From an uncultured Candidatus Saccharibacteria bacterium (GTDB lineage Bacteria > Patescibacteriota > Doudnabacteria > UBA920), in the NCBI GenBank assembly GCA_964512925.1, contig CAZEKH010000005.1:4325-68324 (forward strand): DNA of 64,000 nt. Direction: 5' to 3'. A program made the position numbers and the translations under genes. The notes below the pieces were generated by a model, which saw nothing but the letters and a program-made list of their open reading frames with translations, searched no databases and was not told the origin of the DNA. Of the stretch, positions 8,818-18,794 are shown piece after piece (the stretch's first letter is position 1; each line of letters begins with the position of its first letter).

Positions 8818-9861
8818 ATGTCATATAAAAAACCTCAAATTATCGGGTTCTTTGTTTTAGCTTCTATTGTGGGCTTGGTAGTGGCTATGATGTTTTGGCC
8901 GTTTTGGCAGATGCTGGTTTTAGCCGGCATTATATCCGTGATGTTCAGCCCCTTACACAAAAAACTTTTGGACAAATATCAAAAGCCGATTTTAGCCACT
9001 AGTCTGACCGTGGGCGCGGTTTTGGTGATTTTGATTTTGCCTTTATGGTTAGTTGGCCAGCTGCTCTTTAACGAGTTGGTAAAAGTCTACCAGTCCTTTC
9101 GTTTGGGGAATCTCTCTTTTGCTTCCGAAGCTTTTTCCCAAAGGCTCCCCGAGTCTTTGCAGCATTTGCTGGTAACCTTGAACAATGACTTTTCCAGTAT
9201 GGTTTCCAAATTCAGCAGCAATGCTTTTGACTTCATCTCCAGTATGCTGTCCAATGTAGCGGGATTTTTCTTGTCCCTGTTTTTATTGATATTTATGGTT
9301 TACTATTTTTTACGCGACCGCGAAAGAATCCGGGCTTTAGTTGTAGATTTGTCGCCCATCACTACCGGCGGCTATGAGCATGTGCTTTTAATGCGCTTGG
9401 AGGCTGCGATATCCGGAGTGGTAAAGGGCGCGTTTTTAACCGCTTTGATACAGGGCTTTTGCGCATTTATCGGGTTTTGGATTTTTGGCGTGCCAAGTCC
9501 GGTACTTTGGGGCGCGGTTACGGTTTTGGCAGCCTTGGTGCCAAACGTGGGCACTTCTTTGGCCTTGGTCCCTGCGGTTTTGTATTTGCTTATCTCAGGG
9601 CATACCGGGGCGGGTATTGGGCTTGGTATATATGGCGCTTTGATAGTCGGCACAATTGACAACATTGTGGGACCAAAACTCATAGGCAATCAGGCTAAGC
9701 TTCACCCGTTGTTGGTTTTGTTGTCCGTTTTGGGCGGAATTCAGCTGTTTGGTTTTCTGGGATTTTTGTTTGGCCCGATAATTTTGTCAGTGTTGGTTAC
9801 TTTGGTGGATATATATCGTGGCGACCTAAAACCGCAGATTGACAATAATTTGATTAATTAA
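8818..9861 (+). CDS. AI-2E family transporter (UPF0118/PerM-like permease)
   Basis: 347 aa, ~8 TM helices, family-typical architecture. Confidence 0.7.
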   Translation: MSYKKPQIIGFFVLASIVGLVVAMMFWPFWQMLVLAGIISVMFSPLHKKLLDKYQKPILATSLTVGAVLVILILPLWLVGQLLFNELVKVYQSFRLGNLSFASEAFSQRLPESLQHLLVTLNNDFSSMVSKFSSNAFDFISSMLSNVAGFFLSLFLLIFMVYYFLRDRERIRALVVDLSPITTGGYEHVLLMRLEAAISGVVKGAFLTALIQGFCAFIGFWIFGVPSPVLWGAVTVLAALVPNVGTSLALVPAVLYLLISGHTGAGIGLGIYGALIVGTIDNIVGPKLIGNQAKLHPLLVLLSVLGGIQLFGFLGFLFGPIILSVLVTLVDIYRGDLKPQIDNNLIN

Positions 9862-9879
9862 TTTAACTACTAACAACAG

Positions 9880-12555
9880 ATGTTCTGGCACCAACTTACA
9901 AAAACACAGTTAGAAAATGAACTTAAAACTAATTTTGAAACAGGACTTACTTCTGAAGAAGCGCAGGTTAGGCTTAAAAAATATGGGCTAAATGCTTTGC
10001 CCGAGGCGCCGAGAGAAACTTGGCTGACAGTCTTTTTATCCCAGTTTAAAAGCCCCTTAATATATATGCTAGTGGCTTGTTCACTGGTAGTTTTTTTACT
10101 TGGGGACTCGGCTGATGCCGGGATTATTTTGGTTGTGCTGATAATTAACGCGCTTATAGGCGCGTACCAGGAAGGTAAAAGCGGAAAAATACTGGAATCT
10201 CTAAAAAAATTGTCAAAGGCTGAAGCAACGGTTTTAAGGGATGGGCGCAAAGAAGTGGTGCAAGAGCAGTTGGTGGTGCCCGGCGATATTATGCTTCTCT
10301 CAGAAGGGCAAAAAATTGTAGCTGACGGCAGAGTCATCTTTAGTAGCAGCTTGGGTATGGACGAGTCTATGCTGACAGGGGAGTCCGGTTCAGTGATGAA
10401 AAATGAAGCTGTGTTGGCAGAAGAAGTTTTAAGCGCGGCGCAGAAGCATAATATGGTGTTTAAAGGCACAAATGTGTTAACCGGAGACGGTAAGGCTGTG
10501 GCAGTGGCAACAGGACAAAAAACGGAAATGGGCAAGATAGCCCAAAGTTTGATGCTGCCTCCTGAAGAAATTCCGCTACAAAAAAATATCCGGGCATTTT
10601 CCGAACTTTTGGTAAAAGTGGTTTCCGTGATCGGGGTTTTGGTTTTTGTTTTCGGCTTGCTGATAGGCCGGGATGCAAGGGAAATGTTTTCTTTGGTCGT
10701 GTCGTTGACGGTTTCTACCATTCCCGAAGGGTTGCCTTTGGTTTTAACCGTGATCTTGGCAACGGGCGTGTACAGGATGAGCAAAAAAAATGCTTTGGTA
10801 AAAAAGATGCAGGCTGTAGAAGCCCTGGGCCAGGCGGAAGTTATTGCCGTGGACAAGACCGGGACCATCACCAAAAACGAAATGATAGTAAAAAAACTTT
10901 TTTTAGGCGATAGGATTTATGAGGTTAGCGGGAGCGGCTATGAGCCGCAAGGCGGGGTGATGCTTGCCGGTGAAAGCAAAAATCACGATGAAGATGTTTT
11001 GTGGGCTGCGGTTTTGGGTTCTTTATCAACCAAAGGCGAAGCGATTTTTCAAGAAAACGAGAGTGTTTATAAAGTGGTGGGCGATCCGACCGAGGCGGCT
11101 GTTTCTGTGTTTGGCTCCAAATTGGGCAAAAGCAGAAGAGATCTTTTGACGGTTTTTAAGGAAGTGGAAGAAATACCTTTTGATTATAAAAACAAGTATC
11201 GGGCTGTGTATTTTGAGCACGGCGGAAAATATTTATGCGCGGTTTTGGGCGCCGCAGAAGTTTTGCATAAAAATAGCGACAAATTTTTATCGGCAGGACA
11301 GCAGAAAAAGATTTCCGCTTTGGAAAGTGAAAAAATAATCGCGGCTGAAGAAGAGTTTGCAGGCAGGGGACTAAGGGCAGTTGCTGTGGGGTATAAATGG
11401 TCGGATAAAAAAGATATAGAAAATGGGATTGTTAATCTTACTTTTGCCGGTATTTTTGGCATAGAAGATTCGGTCCGTCCTGAGGCTTTAGAAGCGGTAA
11501 AAAAAGCCAGGGAGCTTGGCGTAAAAATTGTGATGATAACCGGCGATCATAAGCAAACCGCAAGATCGATAGCCAAGGAAGCAGGGATTTTTTTTGAGGG
11601 TGATGAGATTATAACCGGACAAGAACTTGCCGCCGCCAGCGATGCAAATTTAATATCGCGTCTGGAAAAAACCTCGGTGTTTGCCCGCATTACCCCTGAA
11701 GATAAAATGCGAATAATAAATCTTTACAAGCGGGGCGGTAAGATAGTGGCAATGACCGGAGACGGGGTCAATGACGCTCCGTCTTTAGTAGCGGCTGATT
11801 TAGGCGTGGCAATGGGCAGGATTGGGACTGAGGTAGCCAAGGAAGCCGGGGATATCGTGCTTTTAGATGACAATCTGATGAGCATCGTATCTGCTATTTC
11901 CGAGGGTAGAGTTATGTATCGCAATATAAAAAAGACCTTGCAATTTATTTTCTCCACCGCCTCAGCCGCGCTTTTGACTATTGTGGCTTCTCTGGCTTTC
12001 AATATGCCTCTGCCTGTTTTGGCAGTTCAAATTTTGTGGCTCAATTTGGTTACGGATCCGCTTTTAGGTATTGCTTTGGCTACGGAAAAAAGCGAGCACA
12101 ATGCAGAAATGCGCCTTACAAAAGGCTTTTCTAAACATTTTGTGGACAAGCAGATGGCTATACATATGGTGTTGGTTTCAGTGGTGATGGCAGCTGGCAC
12201 TTTGTATTTATTTAACGTGTATAGACCGGTAAACGAAACTCTCGCGAGGTCGGTTGCGTTGACTGCATTGTGCGCTTTTCAGTGGGTAAATGCTTTTAAC
12301 TGCCGGTTTTTAGAACGCAGTATTTTGAGTGTTAGAATTTTCTCAAATAAACTTGTTTGGCTAGCATTTTTTATGAATATCGGCCTGCAGATTTTTGCTT
12401 TACATACCCCGTTTATGCAAAAAATATTAAAAACCCAAGGCCTCGGCAGCAGGGAATGGGTTTTTATAGCAGTTATATCTCTGGTTATAATTATATTGGA
12501 TGAAATTAGAAAATATTTTGTCAGAAGGCCTTACCGCAAAGTCGCGACTGTGTGA
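9880..12555 (+). CDS. cation-transporting P-type ATPase (Ca2+/Mg2+ type IIA-like)
   Basis: 891 aa; DKTGTIT phosphorylation motif, TGDGVNDAPSL hinge motif, 10 TM topology. Confidence 0.85.
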   Translation: MFWHQLTKTQLENELKTNFETGLTSEEAQVRLKKYGLNALPEAPRETWLTVFLSQFKSPLIYMLVACSLVVFLLGDSADAGIILVVLIINALIGAYQEGKSGKILESLKKLSKAEATVLRDGRKEVVQEQLVVPGDIMLLSEGQKIVADGRVIFSSSLGMDESMLTGESGSVMKNEAVLAEEVLSAAQKHNMVFKGTNVLTGDGKAVAVATGQKTEMGKIAQSLMLPPEEIPLQKNIRAFSELLVKVVSVIGVLVFVFGLLIGRDAREMFSLVVSLTVSTIPEGLPLVLTVILATGVYRMSKKNALVKKMQAVEALGQAEVIAVDKTGTITKNEMIVKKLFLGDRIYEVSGSGYEPQGGVMLAGESKNHDEDVLWAAVLGSLSTKGEAIFQENESVYKVVGDPTEAAVSVFGSKLGKSRRDLLTVFKEVEEIPFDYKNKYRAVYFEHGGKYLCAVLGAAEVLHKNSDKFLSAGQQKKISALESEKIIAAEEEFAGRGLRAVAVGYKWSDKKDIENGIVNLTFAGIFGIEDSVRPEALEAVKKARELGVKIVMITGDHKQTARSIAKEAGIFFEGDEIITGQELAAASDANLISRLEKTSVFARITPEDKMRIINLYKRGGKIVAMTGDGVNDAPSLVAADLGVAMGRIGTEVAKEAGDIVLLDDNLMSIVSAISEGRVMYRNIKKTLQFIFSTASAALLTIVASLAFNMPLPVLAVQILWLNLVTDPLLGIALATEKSEHNAEMRLTKGFSKHFVDKQMAIHMVLVSVVMAAGTLYLFNVYRPVNETLARSVALTALCAFQWVNAFNCRFLERSILSVRIFSNKLVWLAFFMNIGLQIFALHTPFMQKILKTQGLGSREWVFIAVISLVIIILDEIRKYFVRRPYRKVATV

Positions 12556-12660
12556 TATGTAGCGCGCCTCTTGTTTCAGAGTAAATGTTCTGTAGTGTTT
12601 CGTACGAGACCTTGTTTCATTTCATTATACTCGGTATGGCAAATAGTTCTTAAGATCTAT

Positions 12661-13218
12661 TTACTTTTTTATTGAGAATTTTTTATTCAGCCAGATTTCG
12701 CCAAGTATCCAAACCACCAAAAAAACACTGATTAAAGGGAGAATGATTTGAAAAGGCGAATTTGGCCAGGAAATGTTATGAGCGATATGGCGGTGGATGA
12801 AGCCGATGAACAAAGCTCCCCACCAGCCCGTTTGGGAGATGGCTGTGGTGAGGAAAATTCTAAATCTGAAAATTTTTGACAAGTTTTCATATTCTGAGGC
12901 TTTGCTCAAGCCTTTTTTTATCAGGTGCAGAAATATGCCATTTAAACCTAAGAGCGCAACTAAGAAAAGTTTAACCCAAGTGAGGTTGTCTATATATCCT
13001 TTAAGATAGATCAGATTAACTCCTGAAACCACCATTCCAAGCCAGCCGGCCCATATGAGGGGTTGGGTGATGGCAGCGGTTTTTTTCACTCTATCCAGTG
13101 AAATTTTTTTCCTCAGCATTAAAATTCCGGTGGCGTCTATAACCATAACTGAACCAAAACCTAAAATCAGGAAAGTTAAGTGGAAAAAAAGCGCGATATA
13201 AAAATGTAAAGAATCCAT
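12661..13218 (-). CDS. hypothetical integral membrane protein
   Basis: 185 aa, 5-6 predicted TM helices; convergent with the ATPase gene. Confidence 0.45.
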   Translation of the reverse strand: MDSLHFYIALFFHLTFLILGFGSVMVIDATGILMLRKKISLDRVKKTAAITQPLIWAGWLGMVVSGVNLIYLKGYIDNLTWVKLFLVALLGLNGIFLHLIKKGLSKASEYENLSKIFRFRIFLTTAISQTGWWGALFIGFIHRHIAHNISWPNSPFQIILPLISVFLVVWILGEIWLNKKFSIKK

Positions 13219-13245
13219 AGTTTATTTTTATTTTTCAGTTAATAA

Positions 13246-13254
13246 TGGTATAAT
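13246..13254 (+). promoter_or_regulatory. extended -10 (TGGTATAAT) 14 nt upstream of the zwf ATG (very short leader)
   Basis: aataaTGGTATAATtataccataaatttATG. Confidence 0.35.
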
Positions 13255-13268
13255 TATACCATAAATTT

Positions 13269-14732
13269 ATGGTTCAATCTGATTTGCATAAAGAAAAAGA
13301 AATATTAGAACCGACTGTACTGACGATTTTTGGCGCGACCGGGGATTTGTCTGCGGACTACTTGATCCCGACTATTTTTCATATGCATATTGAAGGGTTG
13401 TTGCCTAAAGATTTTAGGCTGGTTGCGGTGGGACGGAGAGATTTGACAGCTAAAACTTATCTGGATTTCATACTCAAAAAGTCAGCTGTGTTAAAAAATG
13501 TTACAGAGAAGCAAAAAAAGGCAATTTTAAAATTTTTAGAATACTATCAAGGCGATTTTGAGAAGCCGGAAAGCTTTTCCGGGCTAAATGAAGTTTTGTC
13601 AGCCCGGGAAAAACCGGCGCACAGGTGTTATAACCGACTTTACTATTTTGCCACCAGCCCGCAGCAGTTTTCCGGCATTGTTCATATTTTAAAAAACTTC
13701 GGTTTGTTGACGGCGTGCGCCGGGCACAAGCGGCAGGTTAGGGTTTTGGTTGAAAAGCCTTTTGGGTTTAACTTAAAGTCAGCCCAGGTTTTAAATCAGC
13801 TCCTTTTAAAGTATTTCTCCGAAGACCAAATATACCGCATTGACCACTATTTGGGCAAAGAAACGGTGCAGAATTTGATGGTGGTGAGATTTGCCAACAG
13901 TATTTTTGAACCTTTATGGAACCGTAGCCATATTGACCATATTCAGCTAAGTGTGGTTTATGACGATACGGTCAAAAATCGGGCTGAATATTTTGACCAG
14001 GCCGGGATAGTGCGGGATATTGTGCAAAATCATCTTTTACAAATGCTGGTTTTGATGACAATGGACGAGCCTAGGGAATTAACCGCTTCGCATATACGCG
14101 ATGAAAAACTTAAAATTTTAAACAGTTTAAGATCTTTTACCGGCGAGAGTTTAAAAACCGACTTGGTCAGAGGACAGTACGAAGGCTATATCAAAGATGT
14201 AAAAAATCTCGGAAGTCAAACTGAAACTTTTTTGGCAGCCAAAATGTTTATTGATTCGCCGCGCTGGCAGGATGTGCCTATTTATATAAAAACCGGAATG
14301 GCGATGAAGAAAAAAATCACGGAAATTTCAGTGCATTTTAAAGAACCGGTCAGATGTTTGTTTCAAGGGTGCGCTTCAAATGTGCTAACTTTTCGCATTC
14401 AGCCCGACGAATCTGTACGTTTAAGGCTTAACAACAAAATTCCGGGGTTTGGGATCAAGTTGCACCAAGGAGAGTATGAGTTTGGCTACAAAGAGGCATT
14501 TTTTACGGAAATTCCTCCCGCTTATGAGAGGCTACTTCTAGATTTTATGCAGGGCGATCAACGTTTGTTTATCCGTTCAGACGAAATTGAGGCTGCCTGG
14601 AAGTTTGTAGACAGCATTACGGAAAAATGGCAGTCATTGCCGTTGTATAAATATAAGAAAAAAAGTTCGGGTTTTTCTGAAGCTGAAGAACTAATAAAAA
14701 AAGATTTAAGGGATTGGCATACTAAACTATAA
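13269..14732 (+). CDS. zwf: glucose-6-phosphate 1-dehydrogenase
   Basis: 487 aa; 'IFGATGDLS' NADP-binding motif, 'RIDHYLGKE' active-site motif. Confidence 0.9.
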   Translation: MVQSDLHKEKEILEPTVLTIFGATGDLSADYLIPTIFHMHIEGLLPKDFRLVAVGRRDLTAKTYLDFILKKSAVLKNVTEKQKKAILKFLEYYQGDFEKPESFSGLNEVLSAREKPAHRCYNRLYYFATSPQQFSGIVHILKNFGLLTACAGHKRQVRVLVEKPFGFNLKSAQVLNQLLLKYFSEDQIYRIDHYLGKETVQNLMVVRFANSIFEPLWNRSHIDHIQLSVVYDDTVKNRAEYFDQAGIVRDIVQNHLLQMLVLMTMDEPRELTASHIRDEKLKILNSLRSFTGESLKTDLVRGQYEGYIKDVKNLGSQTETFLAAKMFIDSPRWQDVPIYIKTGMAMKKKITEISVHFKEPVRCLFQGCASNVLTFRIQPDESVRLRLNNKIPGFGIKLHQGEYEFGYKEAFFTEIPPAYERLLLDFMQGDQRLFIRSDEIEAAWKFVDSITEKWQSLPLYKYKKKSSGFSEAEELIKKDLRDWHTKL

Positions 14733-14751
14733 AATATTAATTATAAATCCA

Positions 14752-15945
14752 ATGGATTCACAAAATAACAATGTTTCCTCTGAGATGCAGGTAAATACTA
14801 ATCCGGAAATTGTAGCTCCAAACAAAAGTCGGTCTGTTAAGCTGATTGGAGCTGTGCTACTGCTTTTAGCTTTAGCAGGCGGCGCTTACGCGTATATTTT
14901 TAGTCCAAGCCGGGTTTGGTCAAAATTTGTTGCCGGATCGGCAATGCGGCAGGATTCTATGAAATCCAGTTTTTTGTTTTCATATTCTGATTCAGAAGAT
15001 GAAAAGTCGGAATTAGCAGAACCGGAGGCATCTTGGCTTAAAAATGTGAATTTTTCTTTGGCCGGCAACGGCTATCAGAGTTCCAAGGATTTAAACAATC
15101 CTCAGCTGGATATGAATTTTACATATAAATTGGGTAGTGGAAACAGTAATTTTTCCACGGGTATGAGAGTTTTAATGTTAAATCGGAATATTTATTTAAA
15201 TATCCAAGACAATCCATTGTTTATGGCTTTGGGCGGGATGGCTCAGGATGGAAAAAAATACGATTGGGTAAAAATGGATATTGAAGCGATGCAAAAAATG
15301 GCAGAAGAAGAAAATCCAGACAAGCCAAAAATGGATTTTGATTTTCAAAAGCAGGTTTTGGAATATCAGCAGGTTTTGTCCAAGCATATGCCGGGCGTTG
15401 TAACAACGGAGAAATTTTTAGGTAGAGAAAAAATTTCCGGCGTTCAGACATTGCATTTTAAAAACAAGGTTGATGGGGAAAAAATGCAAAATTTAGTTAA
15501 TGAATTATTTGCCGCTATGCTAAATCAGGTCTCGCAAAATACCGAAGTTTCTGCTGAAGAAAAGGAAAAAGCCAAAAAAACATTTGGCCAGGTGATGCAG
15601 GTGGTGGGTGAAAAGGGAAAAATTTTAAATTTAGAAACCTGGGTTGGGGCTAAAGACGGCAAGTTGTATAAGTTAAAGCTTGAGTCAAACGCCCCGTCTT
15701 TAAAGTCGCTTCTTTCCAGCCAAAACAACAATTCCGACTCCTCTTTGAGTCCCGAAGAGGAAGTTTTAGCGGCATTTAGGGCAGTAGAGTTTTCCGGTAA
15801 ATTCAGTTTTGAACAGGAAAATTCTGAATATGGCATAGAAAGGGAAATAAAAGAGCCTGATAATTTTATGGATTTGGTTGAGGTTTTAAGAAAGCAGCGA
15901 ACTCAATTTCAAGCGCCAGCCGGAGAAGGTTTGAGGGTTAACTGA
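14752..15945 (+). CDS. hypothetical secreted/membrane-anchored protein
   Basis: 397 aa; N-terminal TM/signal anchor (LIGAVLLLLALAGGAYA), Asn/Ser-rich. Confidence 0.45.
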   Translation: MDSQNNNVSSEMQVNTNPEIVAPNKSRSVKLIGAVLLLLALAGGAYAYIFSPSRVWSKFVAGSAMRQDSMKSSFLFSYSDSEDEKSELAEPEASWLKNVNFSLAGNGYQSSKDLNNPQLDMNFTYKLGSGNSNFSTGMRVLMLNRNIYLNIQDNPLFMALGGMAQDGKKYDWVKMDIEAMQKMAEEENPDKPKMDFDFQKQVLEYQQVLSKHMPGVVTTEKFLGREKISGVQTLHFKNKVDGEKMQNLVNELFAAMLNQVSQNTEVSAEEKEKAKKTFGQVMQVVGEKGKILNLETWVGAKDGKLYKLKLESNAPSLKSLLSSQNNNSDSSLSPEEEVLAAFRAVEFSGKFSFEQENSEYGIEREIKEPDNFMDLVEVLRKQRTQFQAPAGEGLRVN

Positions 15946-15950
15946 TTTTT

Positions 15951-16721
15951 ATGAAAATTGACGATACTTCATGGGGCAAAGTCGCAAGTTGGTATGATCA
16001 GCTGGTAGGTGATCCTGATTCCTACCAGGCAAAAGTCATCACGCCTAACTTGTTACGTGTTTTGAGTATAAAAAAGCGCGAAAAATTTTTAGACTTGGGC
16101 TGCGGCCAGGGTTTTTTTGCCAGATTGGCTTCTAAAGAAGGCGCAGAAGTTACAGGAGTGGATATTGCCGCAGAGCTGGTTCAGATAGCAAAAAAAAGCG
16201 CTGGCAAAAATGAAAAATATTTTGTTTCATCTGCGGATCAGCTAGGTTTTTTGCAGGACAAAATATTTGATTGCGCGGCAATTGTTTTAGCTTTGCAAAA
16301 TATAAAAAATTTGTCCGGCGCTTTAGCCGAAGTTTCCCGGGTCCTAAAGCCCGGTGGCAGACTGGCGGTGGTTTTAAACCACCCAACTTTCCGCGTTCCA
16401 GGCAAATCTGCTTGGGGTTTTGACCAGGCCAGAGGCTTGCAATACCGCAGGGTTGACAGTTATCTGTCAGAATTTTCCAAAGAAATAGATATGCATCCGG
16501 GCAAAGACTTGCCGCGTCCAAAAAAATATACCTATTCATTTCATAGGCCTTTGCAGGTGTATTTCAAAGAGTTTGTTAAAAACGGTTTTGTTGTTACAAG
16601 GCTGGAAGAATGGGTTTCCCATAAAAAGTCAGACAGCGGGCCGAAAGCCGCAGCTGAAAATCAAGCCAGAAAAGAGTTTCCTTTGTTTATGTGTTTAGAA
16701 TTAAGAAAAATTAAATTTTAA
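15951..16721 (+). CDS. class I SAM-dependent methyltransferase
   Basis: 256 aa; motif I 'LDLGCGQGFF', motif II/III spacing typical. Confidence 0.7.
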   Translation: MKIDDTSWGKVASWYDQLVGDPDSYQAKVITPNLLRVLSIKKREKFLDLGCGQGFFARLASKEGAEVTGVDIAAELVQIAKKSAGKNEKYFVSSADQLGFLQDKIFDCAAIVLALQNIKNLSGALAEVSRVLKPGGRLAVVLNHPTFRVPGKSAWGFDQARGLQYRRVDSYLSEFSKEIDMHPGKDLPRPKKYTYSFHRPLQVYFKEFVKNGFVVTRLEEWVSHKKSDSGPKAAAENQARKEFPLFMCLELRKIKF

Positions 16722-16734
16722 AGAGTTAACCCAG

Positions 16735-17067
16735 ATGGAAAGTGAAGCATTTGAGAGTACAATATCCCCAGAGCGAATAAAAGAGATTACTAACTTGGCT
16801 GATACAGATTGTAAAAAATTATATCAAGTGGTTTTGTCAAAGCTAAATTTGAAAAAAATGCCTGCTGGAATTTTTGAAAAAATACAGATGGAAAACGGGC
16901 AAGTTGTATTTTTACCAAGTATATACAATGTTAATGTGGATTTTCATCAAACTGCTTTTGGAATAATTTCAGAATCAACAAGATCTATGAATCAGCCCGA
17001 AGCTGCTATGTATATAAATCAATTTAATTATTTTGTGAATTTAGGTTGGCCGAGAAACATTCATTGA
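16735..17067 (+). CDS. hypothetical protein
   Basis: 110-aa ORF, no recognisable motif. Confidence 0.3.
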   Translation: MESEAFESTISPERIKEITNLADTDCKKLYQVVLSKLNLKKMPAGIFEKIQMENGQVVFLPSIYNVNVDFHQTAFGIISESTRSMNQPEAAMYINQFNYFVNLGWPRNIH

Positions 17068-17072
17068 CGAAT

Positions 17073-17354
17073 ATGAATATTGAACAAGAAATTGAAAAAA
17101 TCACTCAGCGGAATAAAAGGGTTGAAGAAGATAAAGCCTGGGAGACCAGTTTTTTTAGACGGGGATTTATAGCGGTTATTACTTATTTAGCTGCCTGGTC
17201 GTGGCTTATGCTGATTCACGAGCCGCTTTCTTTCCTAAAAGCTTTGGTTCCGGTGTTCGGTTTTTTAATTTCCACTTTTTCTTTGCCAATTTTAAAATCC
17301 AGATGGATAAAAAATCAACTTTCCAATTCGCGCGAATTGGAAAGTGAAAGGTAA
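17073..17354 (+). CDS. hypothetical small membrane protein (start chosen at internal Met of ORF 17046..17354)
   Basis: two predicted TM helices. Confidence 0.3.
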   Translation: MNIEQEIEKITQRNKRVEEDKAWETSFFRRGFIAVITYLAAWSWLMLIHEPLSFLKALVPVFGFLISTFSLPILKSRWIKNQLSNSRELESER

Positions 17355-17886
17355 ACCTATGGAAATCGCAGTATTTGGCGGGGGGTGTTTCTGGTGTACG
17401 GAAGCCATTTTTCAAAATCTAAAAGGCGTGTCAAAAGTCTTGCCTGGCTACGCAGGCGGGCAAAAACCCAATCCCACTTATGAAGAAGTCTGTGGCGGGA
17501 ATACCGGGTATGTGGAAGTTATTTATATTGAGTTTGATCCTGAATTTATAACATTTCTGGATCTTTTAAATGTATTTTTTGCCACGCACAATCCTACAAC
17601 TTTAAATAGGCAGGGAAATGATATAGGGGAGCAGTATGCTTCTGTGGTTTTTTACGCTAACGAAATTCAGAAAACAACAGCGGAAGAATATATAAAAAAA
17701 TTAAATCATGAGAAAACTTTTGACCAGGATATAGTGACAACAGTCAGACCTTTGGATAAGTTTTATGAAGCGGAAAATTACCATAAAAATTATTTTTTAC
17801 AAAACCAAAACCAGCCTTACTGCCAGGCAATTATCTCCCCCAAAGTCGCCAAATTCCGCCAAAAATTCACGCATTTGTTGAAATAA
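17344..17886 (+). CDS. msrA: peptide-methionine (S)-S-oxide reductase MsrA (alternative start at 17359, MEIAVFGGGCFW)
   Basis: 'FGGGCFWCTEAIF' catalytic Cys motif. Confidence 0.85.
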   Translation: MKGKPMEIAVFGGGCFWCTEAIFQNLKGVSKVLPGYAGGQKPNPTYEEVCGGNTGYVEVIYIEFDPEFITFLDLLNVFFATHNPTTLNRQGNDIGEQYASVVFYANEIQKTTAEEYIKKLNHEKTFDQDIVTTVRPLDKFYEAENYHKNYFLQNQNQPYCQAIISPKVAKFRQKFTHLLK

Positions 17887-17892
17887 GGAGCA

Positions 17893-17921
17893 TTTACAAA
17901 GTGTTTGAAATAGGGTATAAT
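17893..17921 (+). promoter_or_regulatory. sigma70-like promoter for rpsO (-35 TTTACA, 17-nt spacer, -10 TATAAT)
   Basis: cattTACAaagtgtttgaaatagggTATAATc; followed by a hairpin-forming leader GCGGC..GCCGC. Confidence 0.4.
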
Positions 17922-18011
17922 CTTTAGGTAAAAATTTATTAACTACGGATGAGTCTGTAATGCGGCATACAGAAACTGCGCCGCAATTCATCTCGTAAAA
18001 AGGAATTTGGT

Positions 18012-18287
18012 ATGTTAACACCCAAGGAAAAGAACGCGATCATTAAAAAGTTTCAAACTCATAAGGACGATACTGGCAGCCCGCAGGTTCAGGCAGCCAT
18101 ATTGACCGAAGAAATCGCCCGCGTATCCGAGCATTTAAAAGAACACAGAAAAGACAACCATTCCAGAAGGGGACTTTTGAAAATGGTAGGTAACCGCAGA
18201 CGCTTGCTTCGCTATTTGAAAAACGAAGACGAAAAAGCTTATTTGAAACTTATGGATAAGTTAAAATTAAAAGTAGCGGCTGAATAA
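18012..18287 (+). CDS. rpsO: 30S ribosomal protein S15
   Basis: 91 aa; '[15 protein letters not shown]...[16 protein letters not shown]' S15 signature. Confidence 0.9.
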   Translation: MLTPKEKNAIIKKFQTHKDDTGSPQVQAAILTEEIARVSEHLKEHRKDNHSRRGLLKMVGNRRRLLRYLKNEDEKAYLKLMDKLKLKVAAE

Positions 18288-18288
18288 A

Positions 18289-18690
18289 ATGGATTTGCAA
18301 AATATAAATACGGAAAATTTTGAAAAAAAATGGCTGAAGCTTTCAAGGCAAATTTGCCAGGCTATATATGTTAAGCCCGAAGCCCAGGAACTCAAAGCCA
18401 GCCTTCAGAAAAACGGATTTTTAAGCCTTGAAGAAAAAAGCAAATTTATAGATATTTGCGACAAGGTAAAATATGAAGTTATAGAAACCGAGTTTGGCAA
18501 GGAAGGGACTGAAGGCTATGTGGCTTTTAGCGCCGCCTGGAGGGAGTGGTTTCAGGACAAAGGTGTGGAAAGCCAAAAAAACAGAAGCCAGCGCGACAGT
18601 GTGGACCATATAATGTTTGGCAGCACCCCCGACCCGGAACAGTTTCTAATGCATTTTGAACAGGAAATCTTAGGAAGTATGAAAGAATAA
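18289..18690 (+). CDS. hypothetical protein
   Basis: 133 aa; translationally coupled to rpsO (1-nt gap). Confidence 0.4.
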   Translation: MDLQNINTENFEKKWLKLSRQICQAIYVKPEAQELKASLQKNGFLSLEEKSKFIDICDKVKYEVIETEFGKEGTEGYVAFSAAWREWFQDKGVESQKNRSQRDSVDHIMFGSTPDPEQFLMHFEQEILGSMKE

Positions 18691-18720
18691 AAAATTCCCC
18701 TTTAAAGGGGAATTTTATTT
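18691..18720. terminator. rho-independent terminator (AATTCCCCTTTAAAGGGGAATTTT + T-run)
   Basis: perfect 9-bp stem. Confidence 0.6.
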
Positions 18721-18794
18721 TATACACAGACACAAATTTTAGAGACTGTTAAATAATTATTCTGACATTCTTGAGAATGTCAGAATAATGTGGA

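Noticed and set aside
9870-10874. 334-aa minus-strand ORF
   Set aside because: Fully antisense to the P-type ATPase gene, which has DKTGT/GDGVNDAP motifs. It is Ser/Thr/Pro-rich low-complexity.
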